From the NCBI GenBank assembly GCA_902796125.1, contig CADBNT010000029.1, positions 1 to 62,784 of the forward strand: DNA of 62,784 bases, given 5' to 3'. The notes beneath the pieces are model-generated. The model searched no databases. It was not told where the DNA came from and saw only the letters and a program-made list of their open reading frames with translations. Positions 26,074 through 35,861 of this stretch are shown here, one piece after another (position 1 is the first letter of the stretch; each line of letters begins with the position of its first letter). Source of the DNA: an uncultured Erysipelotrichaceae bacterium. Lineage in GTDB: Bacteria; Bacillota_I; Bacilli_A; RFN20; CAG-826. Made by a program: the position numbers and the translations under genes.

Positions 26074-28479
26074 TTATTTACCAATCTTATCAAGATGCCA
26101 GATTTCTTTCACGTAATCGCGAATTGTACGATCGGATGTGAAATATCCACTATGAGCGATATTAATTAAGCACTTTTTAGCCCAATCACTTCTATCTTGA
26201 TACATGGCATCAATCTTTTCTTGAGCTTCAGCATATGCTGCAAAGTCTTTAAGAATGAAGTAGACATCATTGTTATTCATAACTTCATCAAAGATGAGTT
26301 GGAACTTACCTGGTTTAGTCGCCCATGGACCGTTGAATAATGAATCAATAACAGCATGGACCCTTCCATCGGAGTTATAGATGTCCCATGGTGAATATCC
26401 ACCATTAGCGTAGTAGTTAAGAACTTCATTAGATGTAAGACCAAAGATAACGATATTATCATCACCAACGAAATCTTTGATTTCGACATTCGCACCATCA
26501 AGTGTTCCTAAAGTAATAGCACCGTTCATCATAAGCTTCATATTGGATGTACCAGAAGCTTCTTTGGAGGCTGTGGAAATTTGCTCGGAAACATCTGCAG
26601 CAGGAATGATAAGTTCTGCTAAAGAAACACCATAGTTTTCAACGAAGACAACTTTGATAAATTTATTTACTTGATCATCGTGATTAATGACATCTGCCAC
26701 CGCTAAAATAAGTTCAATAATCTTCTTAGCATAGACATAACTTGGAGCGGCTTTCGCACCAAAGATAAATGTTCTTGGATGCATCTTGAAGTTTGGATCA
26801 GATTTGATGCGGTTATATAAATATATAATATGGAAAACATTTAAGAGCTGTCTCTTATAAGCATGGAGACGTTTGATTTGGACATCAAAGATGGAATCTG
26901 GATCGATGTCTAAGCCTTGAGCCTTCTTCACATATTCAGCGAATTTAACCTTGTTTTCATGTTTGATATCAAGGAATTTCTTTTGGACATCTTTATCATC
27001 TGCAAACTTATCAAATTTGCTTAAAGAGTGTTCCATATCAAGAATCCAACCATCACCAATCTTGGATGTAATTAAATCAGCGAGTTTTGGATTAGCGTAC
27101 ATAAGCCATCTACGATGGGTAACACCGTTTGTCATATTATGGAACTTCTCTGGGAAGATCGCGTAGAACTCTTTAAATGTTTCTTTCTTTAAGATGTCAG
27201 TGTGTAACTTGGCAACACCGTTTACAGAGAAAGAAGCATAGATTGCTAAAGAGGTCATTTGAATTTGACCGTCTCTAACAATTTGCATCGCGTATTTATC
27301 TTGGTCATTGACACCTTTTTGATTTAAGAAGATGTTAAAGCGACGGTTGATTTCTTCAATGATCATGTAGCAACGTGGACAAACTTCTCTAACAAAGTTA
27401 ACTGGCCACTTTTCAAGAGCTTCTGCCATGATGGTGTGGTTAGTGTAAGCAATAGATTTACTTACTACTTCCCAAGATTCATCCCAGCCATAACCATATT
27501 CATCCATCATAAGTCTCATCATTTCAGGAATAGCGAGAATTGGATGGGTATCATTGAGTTGGAACACATAGTGTTCGTGTAAATTTAAAAGTGTTTTGTA
27601 CTTTTTGAAATGTCTAATAAATGTAGATTGAAGTCCACTGCTAACAAGGAAGTATTGTTGTTTAAGTCTAAGTAGACGACCTTGATCAGTAGAATCATCT
27701 GGATATAAACCATGTGATAATTCTTTTAAGGTGGTTAAATAATCGGAGAATTTAACATTCTTTGGAAGGTTATTTTCACTTGGTTCAGCACTCCATAAAC
27801 GTAAAGAGTTAACGACGTTATTTCTATAACCTACGATGCTAACATCGTAAGGAACAGCTTTAATGCAAGTAGCTTGGACGGTTCTTAGACCAAATGAGCC
27901 ATCTTCTTTCAAGTAAGTTTCAGCACTGCCGCCGAATTGAACTTCAACAGCGTGTTTTGATTTACGAACTTCAAAGACAAAACCGTTTGTAAGCCATTGA
28001 TCTGGGACTTCGAATTGACGTCCTTTTTCAATGATTTGTTTAAAGAAACCATATTCATAACGAATGCAGTTTCCTTGAACTGGATAGCCAAGTGAAGAAA
28101 TAGAATCGAGGAAACAGGCGGCAAGTCTTCCAAGACCACCATTACCAAGTCCAGCATCAGCTTCTTGGTCTTCTAAAGCGTGGATATCAATGCCAAGCTC
28201 TTCGAGAGCTTTTTTGGCTGTATCGTAAATTCCTAAGTTTTGTAAGTTATTAGTGAGAAGCCTTCCCATTAAAAATTCCATGGAGAAGTAAACGAGTTGC
28301 TTTTTGCCTTCATTCATAACTTCGTCGTGAGTTGATCGCCAGTACTTACCAGCATAATCACGCACCATCTCACCTAAAATATCGTATTGTTCAAAGATAT
28401 GGGAGTCAGCAACGCTAACACCATATTTATCGACAAGACGACGTTCAAAAGTATCTTTAAATTGTTTAATCGCGTTCAT
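26074..28479 (-). CDS. glgP: glycogen/maltodextrin phosphorylase
   Basis: 801 aa. GLGNGGLGRLAACFLDS and the PLP-lysine region EASGTSNMKLMMNG. Confidence 0.96.
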   Translation of the reverse strand: MNAIKQFKDTFERRLVDKYGVSVADSHIFEQYDILGEMVRDYAGKYWRSTHDEVMNEGKKQLVYFSMEFLMGRLLTNNLQNLGIYDTAKKALEELGIDIHALEDQEADAGLGNGGLGRLAACFLDSISSLGYPVQGNCIRYEYGFFKQIIEKGRQFEVPDQWLTNGFVFEVRKSKHAVEVQFGGSAETYLKEDGSFGLRTVQATCIKAVPYDVSIVGYRNNVVNSLRLWSAEPSENNLPKNVKFSDYLTTLKELSHGLYPDDSTDQGRLLRLKQQYFLVSSGLQSTFIRHFKKYKTLLNLHEHYVFQLNDTHPILAIPEMMRLMMDEYGYGWDESWEVVSKSIAYTNHTIMAEALEKWPVNFVREVCPRCYMIIEEINRRFNIFLNQKGVNDQDKYAMQIVRDGQIQMTSLAIYASFSVNGVAKLHTDILKKETFKEFYAIFPEKFHNMTNGVTHRRWLMYANPKLADLITSKIGDGWILDMEHSLSKFDKFADDKDVQKKFLDIKHENKVKFAEYVKKAQGLDIDPDSIFDVQIKRLHAYKRQLLNVFHIIYLYNRIKSDPNFKMHPRTFIFGAKAAPSYVYAKKIIELILAVADVINHDDQVNKFIKVVFVENYGVSLAELIIPAADVSEQISTASKEASGTSNMKLMMNGAITLGTLDGANVEIKDFVGDDNIVIFGLTSNEVLNYYANGGYSPWDIYNSDGRVHAVIDSLFNGPWATKPGKFQLIFDEVMNNNDVYFILKDFAAYAEAQEKIDAMYQDRSDWAKKCLINIAHSGYFTSDRTIRDYVKEIWHLDKIGK

Positions 28480-28485
28480 AAATAA

Positions 28486-30321
28486 TTATTTTCCTTTGTA
28501 TTTGAAGATCATCGCTCCTAAAGAGGCGATCTTAATTGTAATCTTATGTGGTTTGTTATAAGGACCAAAATCAGAGGTATGAACAGGAAGACCATTATAT
28601 TGTCCCCAACCACCATAAATGTCCTTATCAGAGTTAAATATTTCTTCGTATATTCCTTCTTGAGTGACACCAATATCGTAATATTCATAATAATTTGGAG
28701 TCATATTGAAGACGAAGACAAGACGAGAATCACCAACGACACGTTCAAATGCAAAGATGGATTGATCAGAGTTATCAACCATTAACCAATTGAAGCATCT
28801 TGGATCATATTCTTTTTCATGCATCGCTCTTTCATAGCGATAAATTAAGTTTAAATCACGAACTAATCTAGAGATTGAGTCGTGCATTGGGAATGTTTTA
28901 AGCACCCATGGAAGGGACTTAGATTCATTCCATTCGTCAAAGCTGGCAAGTTCATTGCCCATAAAATTGAGTTTCTTGCCAGGATGAGCGAATTGATAAG
29001 TAAATAAGTTTCTTAATAAGGCAAATTTTTGTTCATAAGAACCCCATAATTTATTAATGAGAGTTCCTTTTCCATGAACGACTTCATCATGGGAGAATGG
29101 AAGCATGAAGTTCTCATTGAAGAAATACGCCATTGAGAAAGTTAACTTATTATGTTCGTATTTTTTATAGATTGGGTCTTTTGAATAATACTTTAAAGTA
29201 TCATTCATCCAGCCTAAATCCCATTTATAGTCGAAACCAACTCCACCATATTCAAGTGGTTTAGTAACGCCATAAAAGTCGGAACTATCTTCAGCGATCA
29301 TCATGATATTTGGATGTCTTTGGTGAAGATAGGAATTGGTTCTTTTTAAGAATTCAATTGCACCTGAATGTTCACCTTTTGATTTATCACCATCGATGTA
29401 AAGCATATTGCTAACAGCGTCGATGCGAAGACCATCGAAATGGAATTCACTAAGGAAGTAGTTCATCGCTGACATAAGGAAAGAACGAACTGGATCTTTT
29501 CCTAAATCAAAATAAGCACTTCCCCATGGGGAAATTCTTCTTCTTGTATCTGCTGGTTCAAATAAATGAGCACCATCGTAGTTATATAAAGCGAAGTCAT
29601 CTTTCGCAAAATGAACTGGAGCAAAGTCAAGAATAACACCGATACCTTCTTGGTGCATTCTATCGACGAAACTCATAAGTTGTTTTGGATTGCCATATCG
29701 AGAATCGACAGAGAAGAAACCAGTAGCTTGATATCCCCAAGATCCATCAAATGGATATTGAATGATAGGCATGATTTCAACGTGAGTGTATCCTAAACCC
29801 TTAATATAAGGAATAAGGTAATCAGCGATTTCTTCATAGGACAAATTGCGTCCATCAACTTGGCCTTTCCAAGAACCTAAGTGCATTTCATAGATAGACA
29901 TTGGTAAATCGAAATTGCGGTTTCTCTTATTTAAATAAGATGAGTCGTGCCAAATAAAGCCGGTGTAATCGAATAAACGAGAGCATGTTGCTGGACGATA
30001 TTCACTATAGAATGCGTATGGGTCAGCTTTATCAACGTATTGACCTTTTGCATTTTTAAAGTGGAATTTATAGCTTTGATAATCGTGAAGTCCTGGAATA
30101 AATACTTCCCAGCATCCACTATCATCAATCTTTGCTAATTTGTCTCTTGTAACATCCCAGTTATTCCATTCGCCAATAACTGACACATCTTCCGCCATTG
30201 GGGCGTAAAGTCTAAACACAACGCCATCAACTTTGCCTCTTTTTTCAAAGTGAGCGCCAAAGTATTTATAAGCGTCGATTGTTTGACCCATCAAATAGTC
30301 ATAAAGTAAACCAAATGCCAT
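28486..30321 (-). CDS. glgB: 1,4-alpha-glucan branching enzyme
   Basis: 611 aa GH13 protein (DGLRIDAV, EDSS, FSHDEVVHGKG). Confidence 0.95.
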   Translation of the reverse strand: MAFGLLYDYLMGQTIDAYKYFGAHFEKRGKVDGVVFRLYAPMAEDVSVIGEWNNWDVTRDKLAKIDDSGCWEVFIPGLHDYQSYKFHFKNAKGQYVDKADPYAFYSEYRPATCSRLFDYTGFIWHDSSYLNKRNRNFDLPMSIYEMHLGSWKGQVDGRNLSYEEIADYLIPYIKGLGYTHVEIMPIIQYPFDGSWGYQATGFFSVDSRYGNPKQLMSFVDRMHQEGIGVILDFAPVHFAKDDFALYNYDGAHLFEPADTRRRISPWGSAYFDLGKDPVRSFLMSAMNYFLSEFHFDGLRIDAVSNMLYIDGDKSKGEHSGAIEFLKRTNSYLHQRHPNIMMIAEDSSDFYGVTKPLEYGGVGFDYKWDLGWMNDTLKYYSKDPIYKKYEHNKLTFSMAYFFNENFMLPFSHDEVVHGKGTLINKLWGSYEQKFALLRNLFTYQFAHPGKKLNFMGNELASFDEWNESKSLPWVLKTFPMHDSISRLVRDLNLIYRYERAMHEKEYDPRCFNWLMVDNSDQSIFAFERVVGDSRLVFVFNMTPNYYEYYDIGVTQEGIYEEIFNSDKDIYGGWGQYNGLPVHTSDFGPYNKPHKITIKIASLGAMIFKYKGK

Positions 30322-30381
30322 AATAAGTACCTATAAAATACAAATGCATTTTATCATAACCAATTAGGCATTGAATAGATT

Positions 30382-30396
30382 AAGAAAACGCTTTCT
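30382..30396. promoter_or_regulatory. cre-like (CcpA-type) operator between glgB and ackA
   Basis: AAGAAAACGCTTTCT matches WTGNAANCGNWNNCW at all specified positions except T2. Confidence 0.5.
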
Positions 30397-30422
30397 TATA
30401 ACTTTTTATTCATTCAATAATA

Positions 30423-30451
30423 TTGAAAAGATATTCCTGATTACTTATAAT
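30423..30451 (+). promoter_or_regulatory. sigma-A type promoter of ackA
   Basis: TTGAAA (30423-30428), a 17-nt spacer, then TATAAT (30446-30451). GGAGG SD lies before the ATG. Confidence 0.65.
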
Positions 30452-30475
30452 TTTTAGCAATAACGGAGGTTAGTT

Positions 30476-31672
30476 ATGGCAAAAGTAATGGCTGTTAATG
30501 CTGGTAGTTCAAGTTTGAAATTCAAACTTTATGAAATGCCAGAAGAAAAAGTATTATGTTCTGGAAACGCAGAAAGAATTGGTCATGAAGATGGTATTTT
30601 TGGTATCAAATGGAATGGAGAATCTGAAAAGAAGATCGTTCCTATCTTAGACCACGCTGAAGCGGTTCGTTTGTTAGTTAAAGCTCTCATTGAAAAAGGC
30701 ATCATCAAAGACATGAATGAGATCGTCGCTGTTGGACACCGTATCGTTCAAGGCGGTAAATATTTCTCCAAATCGATGCTTTTTGATAAGGACACTGAAG
30801 ACAAGATTGAATCACTTATTCCACTTGCCCCTTTACACAATAAAGCTCACCTAGTTGGTTTTAGGGCATTTAAGGAGATTCTTCCAAACGTCACATCTGT
30901 CGCGACATTTGATACTGCTTTCCACCAAACAATGGAACCAGAAGATTATGTCTTCCCAATTCCATATGAATACACCGAAAAATATGATTGTAGAAGATAT
31001 GGCGCTCACGGTACTTCTCACAAGTATTTAAGTGAAGTCGGTCTTAAATATATTCCTGGTGTCAAACATCCAAGAATCATCTCTTGCCACATCGGTTCAG
31101 GTGCCTCAATTACCGCCATTAAAGATGGTAAATGTGTCGCTACATCCATGGGTCTTACACCTTTAGGTGGAATCATGATGGGAACACGTACAGGTGACCT
31201 TGATCCAAGCGTTATGAATTACCTTTGCAAGTGCACTGGTAAATCCGTTGAAGAAATGTATCAAATCTTCAATAAAAAATCAGGTCTTCTTGGCGTCTCA
31301 GAAGTCAGCAATGACTCAAGAGATGTTTCCAAAGCTGTTGAAGAAGGAAATAAGAAAGCTATTCTTGCAGATAGATTATTCATCCGTAGAATCGCTGACT
31401 TTATCGGTCAATATTATGTCCGTTTAGGAGGAGCAGATCTCATCATCTTCTCCGCTGGTATTGGTGAAAATTCACCATATTACCGTGAGAAGATTTGTGA
31501 AGAAATCGGCTCAGCCTTAGGTGTTGAAATTGATAAGAAACTCAACGCGGGAATTCGCGGTGAAGAAGCCTTACTTTCCACTCCAAATAGCAAGATCAAA
31601 GTTGCAATTATTCCAACCGATGAGGAAGTTATGATTGCAAGAGATACATACGCTTACTATTTGAAAAAATAA
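30476..31672 (+). CDS. ackA: acetate kinase
   Basis: 398 aa. VNAGSSSLKF, GAHGTSH and IIFSAGIGENS motifs. Confidence 0.97.
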   Translation: MAKVMAVNAGSSSLKFKLYEMPEEKVLCSGNAERIGHEDGIFGIKWNGESEKKIVPILDHAEAVRLLVKALIEKGIIKDMNEIVAVGHRIVQGGKYFSKSMLFDKDTEDKIESLIPLAPLHNKAHLVGFRAFKEILPNVTSVATFDTAFHQTMEPEDYVFPIPYEYTEKYDCRRYGAHGTSHKYLSEVGLKYIPGVKHPRIISCHIGSGASITAIKDGKCVATSMGLTPLGGIMMGTRTGDLDPSVMNYLCKCTGKSVEEMYQIFNKKSGLLGVSEVSNDSRDVSKAVEEGNKKAILADRLFIRRIADFIGQYYVRLGGADLIIFSAGIGENSPYYREKICEEIGSALGVEIDKKLNAGIRGEEALLSTPNSKIKVAIIPTDEEVMIARDTYAYYLKK

Positions 31673-31692
31673 GCTATAAATTATAGCTAATG

Positions 31693-31719
31693 AAGACGGT
31701 TCTATGAATCGTCTTTTTT
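31693..31719 (+). terminator. intrinsic terminator after ackA
   Basis: AAGACG-gttctatgaat-CGTCTT followed by TTTT. Confidence 0.7.
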
Positions 31720-31756
31720 ATTGATAAAAAGACTTATGTATATTAATATATAATTT

Positions 31757-32752
31757 ATGAAAAAGATCGACGAAATTATTTATTCAAGAACCGAACAATT
31801 CGAAAAAGATATCGATAAAACTTTAGACGCTATTAAGCAATATGACAGAATTGTTATTTTTAGACACACTAAACCAGATTATGATGCGATTGGTTCACAA
31901 CTTGGTTTATATTACTTCCTCAAAGAAAACTTCAAAAATAAAGAAATCCATTTCGTAGGTGAAAATCATGTTTCCTTAACAGGTAGATGTTTCCCTGAAA
32001 TGGAAAAGATTGATGATTCCTTCTTTGATAAACCATTTTTAGGAATTGTCTTAGATTGCTCTACAGCTGAAAGAATTTCCGATGAAAGATACCAAAAGGC
32101 AGAAATGTTAATCAAAATTGACCACCATCCAAATGTTGATCCATATGGTGATATCCGAATTGTTGACACTACGATGGCTGCAGCAGGTGAACTTCTCGCT
32201 AATATTCTTCTTTCTTTTGATGGTGATTATGTCATTAACAAACAATCTGCAGAGAATTTATACAAAGCAATCGTTGGAGATTCAGGTCGTTTCTTATATG
32301 AATCCACCACTGTTCATACCTTTAGAATCTGCGAAATCTTACTCGCTAAAGGTATCGACTTATCTCAAGTTTATCTTGAGATGTATAACAAATCTCTCTC
32401 CGATTTAGAAGTTCAAGCTTATATTCTTAGACACTATAAAGTTACTGAACATGGCATTGCCTATTATGTCTTAAATGATGAGACACTTAAGAGATTTAAC
32501 TTACCACCTGAAAGAGGTAAAGATAACGTTAATATCTTCGCTCACTTCGATGGTATCCATGCTTGGTTAAGCGTCTCTGAAGATAAAGCTAAAGATGAAT
32601 GGCGAGTCTCCATTAGAAGCGAACATGAATCCATTCAACAAATCGCTGAAAAATATAATGGTGGAGGACACGATCAAGCTAGTGGAGCGAAATTAAAATC
32701 CCTCGATGAACTTGATGGACTTCTTAAAGATTTAGACGATCTATTCAAATAA
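31757..32752 (+). CDS. nrnA: DHH/DHHA1 phosphoesterase (nanoRNase / pAp phosphatase)
   Basis: 331 aa with RHTKPDYDAIGS, DHH and GGGHDQASG motifs. Adjacent to dnaE, as in Bacillus. Confidence 0.85.
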   Translation: MKKIDEIIYSRTEQFEKDIDKTLDAIKQYDRIVIFRHTKPDYDAIGSQLGLYYFLKENFKNKEIHFVGENHVSLTGRCFPEMEKIDDSFFDKPFLGIVLDCSTAERISDERYQKAEMLIKIDHHPNVDPYGDIRIVDTTMAAAGELLANILLSFDGDYVINKQSAENLYKAIVGDSGRFLYESTTVHTFRICEILLAKGIDLSQVYLEMYNKSLSDLEVQAYILRHYKVTEHGIAYYVLNDETLKRFNLPPERGKDNVNIFAHFDGIHAWLSVSEDKAKDEWRVSIRSEHESIQQIAEKYNGGGHDQASGAKLKSLDELDGLLKDLDDLFK

Positions 32753-32771
32753 AAATATTATCTAGACAAAA

Positions 32772-32796
32772 AGGTTTCAAAATTGAGACCTTTTTA
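32772..32796 (+). terminator. intrinsic terminator after nrnA
   Basis: AGGTTTCA-aaat-TGAGACCT followed by TTTTTATTT. Confidence 0.65.
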
Positions 32797-32816
32797 TTTA
32801 TCTTAATAAATAGAAT

Positions 32817-32825
32817 TGATAGAAT
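32817..32825 (+). promoter_or_regulatory. extended -10 (TGaTAGAAT) 6 nt before the dnaE ATG; possible leaderless start
   Basis: TTGATAGAAT-agttgt-ATG with no SD. Confidence 0.4.
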
Positions 32826-32831
32826 AGTTGT

Positions 32832-35800
32832 ATGAACTTTGCGCCATTGCATGTATATAGTGGTTATTCTTTTCAAAAGTCAGGTCTTCAAATCGAAGCG
32901 TACTGTAGCTATGCAAAAGCCCTTGGCTATTCTTCATTAGCAGTCACTGACTTTGAAACACTTTCTGGCGCTCCTAATTTTGTTCATGAAGCCAAATCTA
33001 AAGGCTTAAAGCCAATCGTTGGGCTTGATATAGTTGTCGATAATCTTCTAACGACATTTATTGTTCAAAACGAAGAAGGCTATGTCCACCTATTAGATTT
33101 CTTAATTAAAAAACAAAAAGGTGAATTAAGCTTTGCTTATATTAGAGAAAATAGCGATGGTTTATTCGTAATTATCTCCACGGAAAATATCGCTTTAAAG
33201 AAAGCTTATTTAGAAAATAAAGAGTCGTTCGCTAAGAAGTTCTCTAGAGTGTCTCGTGGAATAAAATCTTTCTATATCGGCATCGATATGATTGATAAAG
33301 GTTTCGCTAGAGAAATGCGCGACTTTGCTTTTTCGCATGGTTATTCCACTACCGCTTTCCCTCATATCAAATATCTTAAAAAAAATGACGCCATTATTTT
33401 GAAAATGGTCGAGGCTATCGAGACTAAAGAAGTCTTAAAAGAAAAGAAAGAATCAGGAAATGAATATCTTCCTTCTTTAGAAGAAATTACAAAACTCTAT
33501 GAGGAAAATGAGATTAATGCAACAAGTGATATCGCTAATGCGATTAGCTTTGAACTTATTAAACCTCGTGGAAGATTACTTAAATTTAAATGCGAAGGAA
33601 ATATGTCTAGTAAAGACTATCTTCGTAAATTAGCCTTTGATGGTCTAAAAGCTAAAGGTCATGAAGGAAAACAATATATTGACCGCCTTAATTACGAATT
33701 AGGGGTCATCGATAAAATGGGATTTAACGATTATTTTTTAATCGTTCAAGACTATATTAACTTCGCTAGAAAAAGTGATATCGCTGTTGGGCCTGGTCGA
33801 GGAAGTGCCTCTGGTTCACTTGTCGCTCATTGTTTAGGAATCACTGTTCCTGATCCACTTGAATATGGACTTCTTTTTGAAAGATTTTTAAATCCATCAC
33901 GACAAACAATGCCAGATATCGACGTTGACTTCTCCGATATCGACCGCGAAAGAGTCGTTCAATACATCGCTGATAAATATGGACATGACCATGTTGCAAA
34001 GATCACCGCTATTCAAAAAATAGGTGCCAAACAATCTCTTCACGATGTCGGAAGAATATTTGGCTATGATAAACACGATATCGACTTATTCACTAACATC
34101 ATTAAAGATGAAAAGTTTGATAAACTTTCACTTCGTGAAATATATAAGAAGAGTAAAGATTTTAGAGATTTGGTTAACGATGATAAATATTATTTAGAAA
34201 TCGTCTCTTTAGCGAGCAAGATTGAATCTTTACCTCGGCAAGCAAGTTTACACGCAGTTGGTATTGTCTTGAACGCTGAGCCACTTGATAAGATGATTCC
34301 TATCACTTTAGATCAAGACGGCTATATTGAGCAATTCGAAAAAGACTACATCGAAGAACAAGGTTTCTTAAAGATGGACATCTTAGCCATTAGAAACCTC
34401 ACAATTATTGATGATTGCTTAGCAAGGATTAAAGCTAGAGGTATAAACCTTAACCGCGATGAAATTCCTTATAAAGATAAAGAAGCAATTAAATTAATTG
34501 CTGAAGGAAAGACAATCGGCATCTTCCAACTTGATACTGTGGCCTTTAGAGTTGCTTTAAAAACCTTTAAGCCAGATTCTTTTGAAGATGTCGTTGCCTT
34601 ATTAGCCTTAAACCGTCCAGGTCCAAAAGCTAATATTCCAGTTTATGCTAAACGTAAAGCAGGTAAAGAAAAGATTACCTACCTCCACCCAAATCTAAAA
34701 GATATTTTATCTTTGACTTATGGAGTTCTTGTTTATCAAGAACAAGTCATGCAACTAGCCTCCAAAATGGCTGGATTTTCGCTTGCGGAAGCAGACATTT
34801 TAAGAAGGGCTATTTCTAAAAAAGATTCCTCTAAACTTGTTGGATTAAAAAATTCCTTTATAAAAGGATCGATTAAAAACGGTTATAAGCAAGCTGACGC
34901 TGAACGAGTTTTTGATGCAATCTACAAGTTTGGTGATTATGGCTTCAATAGATCTCACTCTGTTGTCTACGCTATTTTCTCTTGCCGTATGGCTTATCTA
35001 AAAGCTCATTATCCGGAAGAATTCTATGCCGCTATTCTTTCTAATGCTGGAACTGAAGAATTTAATAACACCATCGCTGAGATGAAAGCTGCAAATATCA
35101 AGGTTAAAAACCCTGATATAAATACATCTGATTTATCTTACAAATTATCTAACAAAGACATTCTTTTCCCATTAACGGCTATTCGTGGAATAAATGTCTC
35201 CACTGCTATTTCAATTATGAAAGAAAGAGAAAATAAGCCATTTGAAGATATCTTTGATTTTGTCTTAAGAATGTCTAGATATAAACTCGCCTCTCAACAA
35301 GTTATCAATTTGATTGATGCTGGAGCGTTCGATAAAATCGAACCATCGAGAAATTCACTTAGAAATAACGTTGCAGCAGCCTATTCATTCGCGGCAGTCT
35401 TTGCCACTCCAGATGGAGAAGAATCAATCCTTTCTCCAAATATGTTTGCAAAGCCGTCATTCATCCGTGTTGAAGATGATCCACTGGATAACTTAAATAA
35501 AGAATTTAACGTCCTTAACTTAATGGTCTCAGGTTCACCACTTGGATTAGTTAAAGATAAGATTAAAAAACTCAAAGCTATTCCAATAAGTGAAATCGCT
35601 TCATCAAAAGGTAACATCAAAGTTGTCGCGGTCTTAAAGAGCTTTAGACGTACCAAAACGAAAAATAATACCGATATGGCCTTTATCACCATCTATGATG
35701 AATCAAGTGAAATGGAAGCTGCTATTTTTGAAGAAGCACTTAAAGTGTCTTCATCTCTTAAAAGAAATAAGATTGTCCTAATCGAAGGATATTATAACTT

Positions 35801-35861
35801 TACTCGTGGTTCACTTAATGTGAACAAACTCACTAATTTGGAGGATATAAAAGATGAATAA
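32832..35861 (+). CDS. dnaE: DNA polymerase III alpha subunit (DnaE type)
   Basis: 1009 aa. PHP domain (PLHVYSGYS), palm (MPDIDVDF), fingers and OB fold. Confidence 0.95.
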   Translation: MNFAPLHVYSGYSFQKSGLQIEAYCSYAKALGYSSLAVTDFETLSGAPNFVHEAKSKGLKPIVGLDIVVDNLLTTFIVQNEEGYVHLLDFLIKKQKGELSFAYIRENSDGLFVIISTENIALKKAYLENKESFAKKFSRVSRGIKSFYIGIDMIDKGFAREMRDFAFSHGYSTTAFPHIKYLKKNDAIILKMVEAIETKEVLKEKKESGNEYLPSLEEITKLYEENEINATSDIANAISFELIKPRGRLLKFKCEGNMSSKDYLRKLAFDGLKAKGHEGKQYIDRLNYELGVIDKMGFNDYFLIVQDYINFARKSDIAVGPGRGSASGSLVAHCLGITVPDPLEYGLLFERFLNPSRQTMPDIDVDFSDIDRERVVQYIADKYGHDHVAKITAIQKIGAKQSLHDVGRIFGYDKHDIDLFTNIIKDEKFDKLSLREIYKKSKDFRDLVNDDKYYLEIVSLASKIESLPRQASLHAVGIVLNAEPLDKMIPITLDQDGYIEQFEKDYIEEQGFLKMDILAIRNLTIIDDCLARIKARGINLNRDEIPYKDKEAIKLIAEGKTIGIFQLDTVAFRVALKTFKPDSFEDVVALLALNRPGPKANIPVYAKRKAGKEKITYLHPNLKDILSLTYGVLVYQEQVMQLASKMAGFSLAEADILRRAISKKDSSKLVGLKNSFIKGSIKNGYKQADAERVFDAIYKFGDYGFNRSHSVVYAIFSCRMAYLKAHYPEEFYAAILSNAGTEEFNNTIAEMKAANIKVKNPDINTSDLSYKLSNKDILFPLTAIRGINVSTAISIMKERENKPFEDIFDFVLRMSRYKLASQQVINLIDAGAFDKIEPSRNSLRNNVAAAYSFAAVFATPDGEESILSPNMFAKPSFIRVEDDPLDNLNKEFNVLNLMVSGSPLGLVKDKIKKLKAIPISEIASSKGNIKVVAVLKSFRRTKTKNNTDMAFITIYDESSEMEAAIFEEALKVSSSLKRNKIVLIEGYYNFTRGSLNVNKLTNLEDIKDE

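Noticed and set aside
31673-31690. 17-nt perfect palindrome AGCTATAAATTATAGCT right after the ackA stop codon, considered as an operator
   Set aside because: It is AT-rich and lies between a stop codon and the real GC-containing terminator. There is no associated promoter and no second copy in the window. It is most likely incidental or part of the terminator region.
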